DNA from: Eledone cirrhosa
Taxonomy: Eukaryota
Assembly (NCBI GenBank): GCA_964016885.1
Contig: OZ024740.1
Span: 101,742,001-101,806,000, forward strand
Direction of reading: 5' to 3'
DNA: 64,000 nucleotides
The notes below the pieces were generated by a model, which was given only the letters and a program-made list of their open reading frames with translations, ran no database searches and was not told the DNA's origin. The translations under genes and the position numbers were made by a program. Below, piece after piece: positions 52,682 to 64,000 of the stretch; position 1 is the stretch's first letter; every line of letters begins with the position of its first letter.

Positions 52682-53237
52682 AGAAGTAAACACAGTAAAC
52701 CCGTGTCTAAAATTACGAGGGTAGATTACACCACAAATGTTACATATCATTCAACCTGAATCATATGGGATGTTACAAGATTTCTTACAAGATTTCTCAT
52801 ACATACCATATCAATAACCATTTCATCTCCCGGACAGACTAAAGATTTAATGTTTCGCCCTGAATGAATTGTGTTTGTAACAAGTAATCCATAGGCATTT
52901 CGTCAGCAGGAGATAAGACTAAATGTTACATAACACCTATAACAATAAACTCACTAAAGTTTACACCTCATGCGTTGAAAGTCATATGCGGTGCGAGTGG
53001 TTGTGCTAAAAATAATAGCCTATTTACACTCATTTTTATAAGCTCAACAGATAAGGAGCCGAAACAGATTAAATCTTTAGTCTGTCCGGGAGATGAAATG
53101 GTTATTGATATGGTATGTATGAGAAATCTTGTAAGAAATCTTATAACATCCCATATGATTCAGGTTGAATGATATATAACATTTGTGGTGTAATCTACCC
53201 TCGTAATTTTAGACACGGGTTTACTGTGTTTACTTCT
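52682..53237. mobile_element. Foldback element: 170-bp inverted repeats (2 mismatches) with a 216-bp spacer, carrying a hammerhead
   Basis: Arms at 52682-52851 and 53068-53237. Confidence 0.9.
52825..52914 (-). ncRNA. Type I hammerhead ribozyme (GUC site)
   Basis: Minus strand: ATCTCCTG-CTGACGA-AAT GCCT ATGGATT..AATTCAT..GGGC-GAA-ACATTAAA TC TTTAGTCTGT-C-CGGGAGAT; 8-bp stem I. Confidence 0.78.
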
Positions 53238-53705
53238 CATATAGGATTATCTGGCAGGTTTTCTATGGCTGGATGCCCTTCCTAACACCAACCACATTTA
53301 CAGTGTGGACTGAGAACTTTTTACCGTGTTACCTACATGACCACATTACAGCGTGGACTGTGTTTTTTTGTCATGACATCTACATGACCTCATTAGTTTG
53401 GACTGAATGTTGTGGTACCAACATAACTTTATAGAGAAACGGTGGTGTTGGCGCGAGTGAAAGGATGAAGTGGGTAGTGGGTTGGGTTTGGAGGGGCCTA
53501 CTGACTGTAGGTTAACTTTGCACATAGGGAAGGCGGGTCTTCTGTAATACTGCATTCCACCAAAGATCTCGATCCAATGACATTGTCTTAGAGAGGTGCA
53601 AGTGTGCAAGGTCAGACTTTATCATGTCATCCCTGGTTTTTCTGGGTCTACCTACTCCGTAACTTCCCTCAATTTTGATCGCCCTGCACTTTTTTATACA
53701 GCTGT
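53238..53705 (-). mobile_element. RTE LINE 3' fragment
   Basis: Homologous to 22900-23345. Confidence 0.85.
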
Positions 53706-56700
53706 ATAGATATATATACCATCATCATCATATATATACCAATGGCAAGAGCTAAACCCTTGAACACAGGAGCACTCTATTCAACCTTTAATTGAGCGGC
53801 ATAGACAAGATGGTCTACAACCAGTATAGAATAAACTGGTACTGGCACGCTGAGGCCTTCATCTAGCAGTGGATCAACAATAGCTGATAAATATTGTCAA
53901 TTTCTATGCTCTTCTTAATCAGAAATATCTAAAACTATTGAGATCTGGGACTGGGAAAAATAAGAGTTATAATCAGGTATTTCCTTGTGACATATGGGTA
54001 ACAGTTAGAACTAAATCTCCAAATTGTCATGAACTTTGTAGATAAAGAACTTACCATTTCCTCAATGTGATGATGTATGCTACAGAAATGTGAAGTAGAT
54101 GAATGTTTCTATTACTTTGAGAAGAATTTTCTCATTAAGACTGGCTCCAGGTTACAGTGAGATATTTCTTGTTTTCTTTTTCTAGAGTCTAAACATGTTT
54201 GTATAAGTATTGAACATGATCTGTGTTTTGCTCACCTTATTGGAGACATGAGATCTATTGATATAATTTATCAAATTTTTCATGCATAAGAACACTTTTT
54301 ACCGATGTGTTAAGCTTCATTTTATGATTTTGAATAATTTTTCTTCAAAATCTATTTCCATTCCAATTTGGCTGCATATGTTTTTGTTTTTTTGTTTTCT
54401 TTTTACTACTTTGTTTGTCTTTGCAGTTAAAATTTTCTTCAAGCACAAACTACCTTTTGGTCAATAAATTGTATCAAACCAATCAATTCTTTCATCAAAT
54501 AAGAAATTGACTTAATTTAAGAGCAGAAAGAAAACAAACTTTTACTACTTTCTATAAAACATCCGGAATTTCCGTTCCACACTTCAAGAAAACACTCATC
54601 CAAAGACAGATTTTTAGATGCCTATTTTTCTTTTAATTATTTATGATTCTTCCTGATGCTTCTTGTGGTTTTAGTTTATTCATATTCAATCAATACACAA
54701 TATAGAGAATATTTTGATATCAATCATTTTTATTCAGTCAAGTAAAATTATTTTACAAATTATTTTGGATATATTTTTTATTTGTTCATTTTTCATAAGT
54801 TCTCAATAAAAATAAGAAATCTTCATTTGTATCATGTTTTATTTTGATTTCTAGTCTTCTTCTTCTTCATATTATGTTATTTTTATTCTTGTTCTTGTTA
54901 GCTTTCATTAAATTTTATCAGCTTATCATAAGACGGGAGGTGTCACACGTTTGTGATAATTTGCTAACAGTTATTGATAAATGCCAGTAAATGAATAATT
55001 TCTAATGTAGCAGATAAATGAAAATTTAATATCATTATTATATATACAATTTTTTTAAAGCAACAAATAATGAAAGTTAATCGCATTTTCCATTCCTTAG
55101 ACATAACATAAATCATCTATCAGAAAATTGTTACAGTTAAATAAACTTTAATGAAAAATAGCAAAACAAAAGAGAGTCAATCTTAAGCAGATGAAAAATA
55201 ATACACACAGTTTCTTCTCACTTAAAACAGTAATATTATAAGAAATTATTCAATTCTAATCTCTAAGAGAAAGTTCTGCATTATACCTCTGGTAATATCT
55301 AGAATACAAGACGTCTGGTAGCATTGAACCCATTCTGCATACAACATTATCTTGGTGTTCTGTAATTGTGCATTTATTCTTTCTTTCATTTCAATGTGTC
55401 TCATTATTCAGTTGGATTTTTTAAATAAAATGGTGTTTAAATGCTGTCTTATTTATAGTACATCCTTTGTATGTGTGTATACTCTTTTCCAGATTTCTTT
55501 ACTTTGTAAATTTTTGTTTGGCAAATAGTAATGTAACATTTTGACATGGAGTGATATAACTTGATGCATCGTTTTACACTAATATACATAAGCAGATACA
55601 TATGCATACATATATTAGTGAAAGTGGAGGATCGACTGTGAGCTCAGAGGTTTTGGCTAGTTACCTAGAAAAGAGGTAATTAGGTGAAACATCGAGCTCA
55701 TGGTTGATGATCTACTTTAACTAATATACCCACTCTGCACCATACTATGTATTGAGTACTTTTCTGATTTGTGGTCTTCCCGGTCCCAGTACCACTGACT
55801 ATAAATATGCTTCTTCTTCTTCACCCCTTTGTTCCTCAGGGGGTCATGGGGGTAGTGTTCTCAAACTCTCCTTCCAGCGGGTCCTGTCAGAAGCAACCAT
55901 CTCCAATTGATACAGTTGAACCTCCAAGTGAGACTAGCCAAGCTCATGGATTATCCAGCCATCTTCCTTGAGGTCTACCCCTGGGTATCCTGTCAGTTGA
56001 GCTTCCTCTTCCACATCTTTCTGCTTGTAGCTCCTGGTATTTCTTCAACTAACAATTCTCATTCATGCTCATACAAATCTGATCTCCTCTTTTGCACACC
56101 ACATATGTTTCCTTTTGTACCAAGTTTTTCCCTCAAATCATCTTTACTAACATTAACTATATTTAGGTGTTGAATTTTGTCCTTTTATGTCAATAGAAGA
56201 CTGACTTAAGCATTTGAGGAATAGATATCGCTAAAACAATAACCAGATTAAACCAGTATTTGACTAAAATCATTGAAAGGATATTTGTAGTACACAGACT
56301 GAAGCCAGTAAAAAGGAAAATGAATTCCATATCAGAAGCACACAGTCCAGCTTGTGAGGTGGTAATGACATAGTCATGATAAAATGCTCACATTACATGC
56401 TGTAAAGTGATTGGAGTTAGGAAGAGTATCCAGACATAGAAACTGTGTTCCTAGTATATGCTGAAAAGTGGTTGGAATTAGGAAGGGCATCAATCCATCT
56501 CACCCATACAAGCATGATCATGATGGGGACGATGATGATATATCATCATCATCATCATAACATTTCTATGTCTATTTTTCCATGCTTGCATGCGTTGGGC
56601 AGGTTCTTTCCAGTACATGTTCACAGAGCAAAAGAGAGAGAAATATTTTTTATTCATAACAAATTGATAGCAAGGCTTTCACATGTTTATTGTATGTAAA

Positions 56701-56749
56701 CATATAGTAAATGCTTCCATACATCCTTATATATATATATATATATATA

Positions 56750-57870
56750 TGTATGTAAAAGGTAAACAGAAAGAACAACACAATCGGTACAGTATATGGA
56801 AGGGATATATTAGGTTAACACTTGATATAGCAGGAAGTGGGTCTTAACGTTTCGGACGCTAGTCCTTCATCAGAAGAAAGAATGAGAAATAAGATAGATT
56901 GAGGGGACGGGCGGGATGGAATTGGAAAAAGTGTCTTGAGTTAAAAATAACAAGTCCATTCATGTTGACATCTTTTGCAAAACTGTTGGTGCTGGCGTTT
57001 TGTGTATGATTTATTATTTTAGAAAAGGGGATGATGGAGCGCGTCTACCTGAAATGGAAAAGAAACCGTTTTGTAAAAAGAGCTATACTTGTGCACGTGT
57101 GTAAGCATGTGTGTGTGTGTGTTATTATACGTCCGTATGAAGCTAAGAAGAAATGTGTGTGTATATGTGAGTAAAAGAGTGTGTGTGCATGTAAGTACGA
57201 AGCTATGAGCAAAAGTATGTTAATATAAGGGTGTGTATGTGTGTATACAGGGCAGTGAAGGGAAAGTGGAGTGAGCATATATAGCCAGCATGTATTAGTT
57301 GTAAGAGAAGCTGCTAATGATCAAGAGAAAGCGATAGGAATCTAGGGGTGTGATAATGGACGGGGTATTAGAGAAATTGGGGAGGTGAGTTGAGTCCAAG
57401 AGGGGATAGGACCCAAGGCAGTGAATCAGACTTTGTTCAGTCCTGATGCACGAGGCCTGTGATCCATGATGTAAAAGGACACCCAGGACTGAAACATGTA
57501 GGGAAGAATGTAGAGAACAGAAATGACTGGCGACAGGAGTATTCAAACCGAGTCGTATGTCCCTCAAATGTTCGGCAAAACGATCCGTCATACGGCGTCC
57601 CGTTTGTCTGATATATAAAGACCAGCAAAGGGAACACCGGAGGGTATAGTCAACGTGTGTGGATATGCAGGTGAAGGAATGGTGGATACGGAAAGACCCG
57701 TTAGGGTCTATAAGAGTGGTGAAGGTGGAAATAAAGGGACAAGTATTGCAGTAGGAACGGGAACAAGGATGAGAGCTGAGTGGAGTCATGGGAGAGGACG
57801 AAAAGGATCTTTGAACCAGGAGGTCGCAGAGGTTGCGGGCACACTATTACATAGTCCCTGGAGAGAAACA
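56750..57870 (-). mobile_element. Penelope-like element 3' part (GIY-YIG endonuclease and pLTR)
   Basis: ORF 57295-57789: CSRSYCNTCPFI, FTCISTHVDYTLRCSLCWSLYIRQTGRRMTDRFAEHLRDIR, PVASHF. Confidence 0.85.
56842..56877 (-). ncRNA. Minimal hammerhead ribozyme of a Penelope pLTR
   Basis: Minus strand: TCTT-CTGATGA-A GGAC TAGC GTCC-GAA-ACGT-T-AAGA; palindromic stem III; about 420 bp downstream of a Penelope GIY-YIG ORF on the same strand. Confidence 0.88.
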
Positions 57871-58044
57871 ATATAGTTAATAAGAGCTGAAATTAATACA
57901 TGCAAGATTTCACAGCTCTAGCATGATTCCTTCATAGTCAGCCTATGAATTTTTCAGCCCACCCTCGTATTAAGCCAATTGCACTAGTTGGGTCACATAT
58001 GACAATTACATGTTGGACAATATAATCATAGATATACAAATGGA

Positions 58045-58214
58045 GTTACTACTTTTGGAACAAGGCCAGCGATTACCCCAGTGTATCACTGGTACTTTAT
58101 TTTATCAACCCCGTAAGGATGAAAAGCAAAGTTAACCTCAGTGGATTTGAACTCATAACACAAAGGGCCATAACTCTATGCTGCAAAGCATGGTGTCTGC
58201 CAAACCACCGCCCT
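58045..58214 (-). mobile_element. SINE family A with 13-bp TSD
   Basis: TSD TAGATATACAAAT at 58029-58041 and 58215-58227. Confidence 0.85.
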
Positions 58215-58799
58215 AGATATACAAATAGATGGGATGGTCATGATTGGAATAATTATGGTCAAGATCGTGCTTGATCAGGACTGACCTCCCACTAAACAAC
58301 AAAGATAACAACAATGAAGAATAAATAACTATTAGATCTTCTGATAAAAATTAAACAAAGTCATTGGTAGATCTTTATCCCCCCCCCCTCCTTATCTCCA
58401 GTCTCCAACATAAACATGTAATTATCTCTCATATAAGCTATTCCTCTAATCATATTCATTAGCTTGTTTGATAATGTGTAATTTTACTTGACTTAGAGTA
58501 AAGTTAAGTAAAATTTAATTTAAAATAAATTATTCTTGGTGTATTTCATCTGGGATTATTTTGTTTTTCATTATTTGCTGTTGTTGTTGTTTATTGTTTG
58601 TTTTCTCATTCTTTTTATGTTTATTTTTCTTCTCAAAACTAATTCCGTAATTGTTACTACTTGGAGCTGAATTAAATTATAATGTTAATTAATGGTTTTA
58701 AAAAATTATTTTCTTAGTTTTTTACTTCTTTGGTGTTGTTATTTTGTATACATCGGTTTATTATAATTATTACAGCAATTACCAAATTTTATTTGAGCT

Positions 58800-58845
58800 T
58801 TTCTTAATCATTTCTTTCTCTATCTCTGTCTTTCTACAGGTAAGT
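58800..58845 (+). promoter_or_regulatory. Candidate recursive splice site (ratchet point)
   Basis: Branch-like CTTAAT, about 25-nt pyrimidine tract, CTACAG immediately followed by GTAAGT. Confidence 0.6.
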
Positions 58846-59374
58846 CAGATATCAATGTTGCTACTGAAGAAACCATACAGTTACAAACAGACAAAAAAGA
58901 TAAACATGATAACCATTGGTAAATATAGCTTCAAATATGCACTTTATTGAATATAGTTTACATGTGAAACTGGAATAATTTAATAACAGTATATATTAGT
59001 AATTTACCTTCATAATTTATTGAGGAAGGCAAGTGCAAAACAAAATAGCTGTGATAATTTGTTAATATGAGGTTACTGTAAAAAGAAAATATAGAAAATA
59101 TAGTTAAATGCATTAAATCTAATTCTGTTAGTTGGATTATTCGAATTTCGTTTATGTATTACATTAAACATAATTGATAGGTTTGGTGGAATAAGATGAT
59201 ACTTTCAATACGATCAATGGGGAATTGAAAATGTGTGTTTTCTACATGAGTGTGAGTGAGTAAAAGAAAGTCTGGCAATGAATGAAGGCATGAAAGGTGA
59301 GGAAAACAAAAAGAAGAAAAAAAGAAACAGAACAGATAAAATAAAGAGATATAGTGAGAAGGAAATCAGGTTTA

Positions 59375-60442
59375 CTGCAAACAAGAAGAAAATAAATGTG
59401 TGTAGACGAGATTCATGAATATGTGTGAAAGAAAAGTGTGATGCATTTAGAATTGGAAAAAATAGTGAGAATATATAAAAATGTCATCGAGTAGGAAGGA
59501 AATACTCTTGCAGTGAAGCAGACATGCTAACTCTCAAAGATGACTAGAACTATTTAACACACTGTAAGTGACAAAAGCTATCATAAGAGAGTAGAAGTTA
59601 AATTAAAGTGGTTTAACTGTGTTGACCCAATTAACAGGTCAAATATACAGAGATTGTTATTTTCTGTATATGGCACTCTCACTAAATTTCCCTGTTTTGT
59701 TCACATATCATCAACATCTTCTTCATCATCATTTTAAACATTCACTGTTGGCATGGGTTGAATAAGATTATTGAAGCAGTGTACACTCAATTAAAAACAA
59801 TTATAGTATAGAACCTATTGCATATGAAACAGAAATTACATGCACCCACACCAACCATGCAGAGACTAGTGAAAGATATGTGGACATAGTGCAAGATTGC
59901 TTTAAACAACATTTCTACTCACATCTCTACTCCTTTAGGCCTTCAGATATGAAGACCAGCACAGATCTGGTGAAAAGAGTATGGCAGTTAAATTATAAAT
60001 GGTTCCCACATAAAATAACATGGAAAATACTTTACACCAGACCTTACATTAATGGATTTAAGAGATGCTGCCTCTGCCTTGGAGAAAAATTTAGAATTTT
60101 ACAAGATTTCACCTCTACAAAAAAATACCTGGGGTCTAAAAATAACTGTTTGAAAATGATTTACATCTCAAATGTCATTTGGAAAAACCCATATAATATC
60201 CACTCATCAGATCTACTCAAATAGTACCACACATTTCATATATTAGATACACAATCACACAAACACAGATCTCATAAAAATGCAAATTTTCTGCAAACAA
60301 GAAGAAAATAAGTGTGTAGATGAGATTTAGGAATATGTGTGAAGGAAAAGTGTAATGCATTTAGAATTGGAAGAAATTGTGAGAATGTATAAAAATGTCA
60401 AGGAGTAAGGAAATACTCTTGCAGTGAAGCAGACATGCTAAC
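59375..60442. repeat. Diverged direct repeats of about 155 bp (59375-59531, 60291-60442)
   Basis: CTGCAAACAAGAAGAAAATAA...GCAGTGAAGCAGACATGCTAAC occurs twice. Confidence 0.85.
59790..60180 (+). pseudogene. Decayed Penelope-type GIY-YIG C-terminal fragment
   Basis: FKQHFYSHLYSFR..STDLVKRVWQL..ITWKIL..PY..KRCCLCLGEKFRIL matches the FKxRyxxH..T.Ls..iW.L..kWkI..C.LCl.EK pattern. Confidence 0.7.
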
Positions 60443-60639
60443 ACATCTAATTACAATTTTCTACACTATACACATGCAATATCAAACATGCAGACACACA
60501 GACAGAAAAGCACACACATGCTCAAACACACACACACTCACACATACGCCAACTCCCAAACAGATCGAAACAGGCTTGCTCTTTACAGATGGGATTAATG
60601 TCATACAAAAATGGTCTTTGTATTGCAAAGACCTTTATT

Positions 60640-61270
60640 ATCACAAACTCTGAGCTGAAACCAACATCCTGGATAACTTCGCCAACAAGAATAGAGAACT
60701 CGAGGATACTCAAATTCTCCAGGACTAAGTCAAAGAGGCAGTGTACAAAAGCTGGCATAATTCGGGCCTAAAAGAAGTACAGTGGAGCAGGTATTTAACA
60801 TTAGACTGCTAACTGAGAAACAAAACTGCAATACCAATCTGAATTCTATCATAACTTCGACTTCAAAAACGATTTTGACCATGTTTAGCTTGTGGGAGGT
60901 GATGAAGAATTACAACTTTGAGATCAACCTCATCCAAGTAATCCAAGTACTTTATGAAAACTCAAACAATGCAGTTCTGCTGGATAAAAACATCTAAGAA
61001 TTCTTCAAGACAACAGTGGGGTTTGACAATGATGTCTACTCTCTCCAAGGCTTTCCAATATCTTCCTGGAGAACATTATGCAAGAGACACTCCAAGACTT
61101 ATCCAATGAGGCTCAAACTGTACATGTCCTTGGTGATTTTGATCTGTTGATCCTTTTGTATGGGTGTGAGAGATGGACTCTTACAGCTAACATGGTATGA
61201 GAAATCCAGACATTCAAGTACAAGTGCTTCAGAAGGCTGCAATGCGTTTAGTACACAGAGCTGAAAACAA
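60640..61270 (+). pseudogene. Degraded RTE/BovB-type RT fragment
   Basis: RSTVEQVFNIRLLTEK, (R)Q(G)CLLSP..NIFLENIMQETL, ILLYGCE.WTL. Confidence 0.7.
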
Positions 61271-62055
61271 GCAGTTTATAGGGTGTGCATTGTTTTTACC
61301 TATCAGATGCATTCTAGTTTTATCATTTTGCAAATTGACACTCTCTTAGAAAAGTGGGCAATTTCACAAAAGATCCCTCGATAATGCGTGAGATTGAAGA
61401 AAATTGAAACTGAAGCACCATCTAAAGTCTTCCATTTCTTATTTGATAGTAAAGCTTTCAGATTCAATAAAGTTGTCTGTGCATTTATATCATCAGTTTC
61501 TATAAGAGACTGTTCTCACAAGAGACTAGGTTGACAAAAAAATTTGTCGAGCGCAATATCTAAATTGGGCTACTTGAAAGGAAAGAAATAACAAGCAATT
61601 ATATACTAGTGAGATGCTAATGACTAACATAATAGAACATGCGATGTGATAGACATATTATTTTATTCTTTTACTGATTGCAGTCATTGGACTATGGCCA
61701 TGCTGGAGCACTCCCTTTAATAGTTCTCAGTCAGATCTATGTGAGTAATTAGCCTGATAGTCATTTTATTGATGTGTTTATTTAATGGCTGAATTTACCT
61801 TGAGTTACATCTAAGAGGATATATGCCATACGGTATTTGCAACAAATTGCACAATTGTACACAAACATGGGTATAAAGACATTCACATCCTCACATGCAC
61901 AGACACATATGTATGTATACATATATGTGTGTGTATATATGTGTATCTGTATATATGTGTGTGTTTATATGTGTGTATGCGTATATATATATATATATGT
62001 GTGTGTGTATGTATATATATATGTGTGTGTGTGTGTATGTATATGTGTGTGTATG

Positions 62056-62090
<35 letters not shown>

Positions 62091-62139
62091 ATATATATAT
62101 GTGTGTGTGTGTGTGTATATATATATGTGTGTGTGTATG

Positions 62140-62170
<31 letters not shown>

Positions 62171-62249
62171 ATATATATATGTGTGTATATGTATATATAT
62201 ATATATGTGTGTGTGTGTATATATATATATATATGTATGTATATATATA

Positions 62250-62281
<32 letters not shown>

Positions 62282-62513
62282 AACGTGTGTTTGCATATAT
62301 GTATGTGTCTCTTTCCAAAGTTGGCCTAATCTGCCACCAAAAGCTAACTACAGTAAGTACCTGACAATGGATTGCATAATATATAATTCATGTAGGAAAA
62401 TTGGCAAATCTATTGATGCATTAGGACACTTGGATAAACGTTCAAATACACATCTGCATACTGGTGTACACATATGCAGCTCTCTGCAAAAGACTTGTAG
62501 GAATCTGACATGC

Positions 62514-62725
62514 TTAACCCTTTAGCATTTAAAATGGCCATATCCAGCCAGAATTCGCTCACCTCTTTCTGTGCAAACAGGCTGTAATCTGCCACTCGTA
62601 CCAACGTTTAGGTATTGTTCTTAAAATAATTAACATCAAAATCTCATAGCTTCGATATTATGTGAGATTATTATATGAGGTAAAGCCTTTGCCATTAAAA
62701 TACAATAGAAAATATATAAAGGTTA
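62514..62725. mobile_element. piggyBac-like MITE
   Basis: TTAA-CCCTTTAGCATT start, AAAGG-TTAA end; homolog of 14020-14213. Confidence 0.65.
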
Positions 62726-62884
62726 AGGAAATGCTATTGAAAATATGATTCTTTTTTATAGTCAGTGATGGTCTTTTTTAATTACAAGTGAACTGTGAAA
62801 CATGTACAGACTGTGTACAAACACATACCAAAATGTATTTATATTTGTTTATATGTTCATAAAAAGCATTATCATTTAAATTTC

Positions 62885-63050
<166 letters not shown>

Positions 63051-63489
63051 CATCATGTATAATTTAACAAATGCTTCTCTTTCTAGCAAGAGTGAAAGTA
63101 GAAATTGTTTGCTTGAACTTTTAAACTGTGCTAATGATATATATATGTTGAAGCTAAATTTGAATTCTACTTTTAAGTTGAGCCAACTTATACAGCTTCA
63201 TATGCAAATGAGGCTAATCAGCCCACCTACACAGGAAAAAATACTATATATTCTCACCTGTTTTCAAGTCCCAGCAGAGAGTAGTAGGGAAGCACTGTTC
63301 CGATAAGAACCATTAAGTTTGAAATATGTAAAGGCTGTTATCCCTTGCTGCCTCTATTGGAATCCGCTAGACATCACTGGCCGTCAGCCTTTCAATATTC
63401 ATAGTTTGGCTTTCAAAATATTTGTTTATTAATGAAATTCGCATACATATATGTATACAGCTAATTATATATATATATATATATATATT

Positions 63490-63675
63490 TCAAACCTCAA
63501 TTCCTAATTCTAGCGTATTTTCAAAACAAAAAACAAAATCCTTTCCTTCTTCCTTCTTTCGAAACTCTAAACTCCCGCTTCCTCGACCCCCACCCCCTCT
63601 ACTTCGCGAGGGCATGGCGGTCAACCGCCCAATACACACACACACATCATACGGCCACCCCCCTCTCTCTCTTAG

Positions 63676-63709
<34 letters not shown>

Positions 63710-64000
63710 GATAGAAATTCACTTCGCCAAATTTCATTGCTTTGCTGTCTACTACACGATATTCATGTAACGTAATGTACATATTTTTCTTCATCTCTAC
63801 CTCCACACTCCATATTTCGTATCAAGTCCAAATAGCCAATCTATTGCTAAAACAATCTACATTTTTTGTATTCATTAATTGTTAGATACGAAAGTTTTTG
63901 TCGTATTGGAACAGAACAAATTTTGTATTTTTGTTAATCGCTGGTTAAATGCAAGGACCCCATTCAATCATTACCTTCTATCTAGCTACCCAACACCCGT
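63490..64000 (+). mobile_element. 5' UTR of a related RTE LINE running off the window end
   Basis: Colinear with the reverse complement of 26660-27150: GAGGG..GCGGTCA, CTTAGCT, CACTTCGCCAA, CATGTAA..CGTAA, AGTCCAAA, GTTTTTGTCGTATTG.AACAGAACAAAT; starts after (TA)n. Confidence 0.7.

Overview
AT-rich eukaryotic DNA dense in microsatellites and mobile elements; the repeat repertoire suggests a coleoid cephalopod (octopus-like), which is an inference. No host protein-coding gene can be firmly called. Scattered strong + strand splice signals suggest the window lies inside very large introns. Most listed ORFs are artefacts of (TA)n/(TATG)n repeats. Real coding content is transposon-derived. It includes one intact RTE LINE (APE endonuclease, RT and an internal PHD-type finger) with several truncated copies, a 5'-truncated R4/Dong element, a decayed L1/Tx1 element, a Helitron with a PIF1 helicase remnant, two Penelope GIY-YIG fragments and a CRE-like relic. 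There are also two tRNA-derived SINE families and several MITEs. The most striking unexplained signal is about 12 type I hammerhead ribozyme motifs (5 with intact cores, 1 core variant, about 6 decayed). Most sit in short non-coding units embedded in (TA)n tracts; two units have terminal direct repeats (659- and 313-bp periods) and one has 170-bp inverted repeats, consistent with a retrozyme-like or Penelope-dependent system. A near-perfect recursive splice site (polypyrimidine-CAG|GTAAGT) lies at 58838-58845. All folds and alignments were done by eye.
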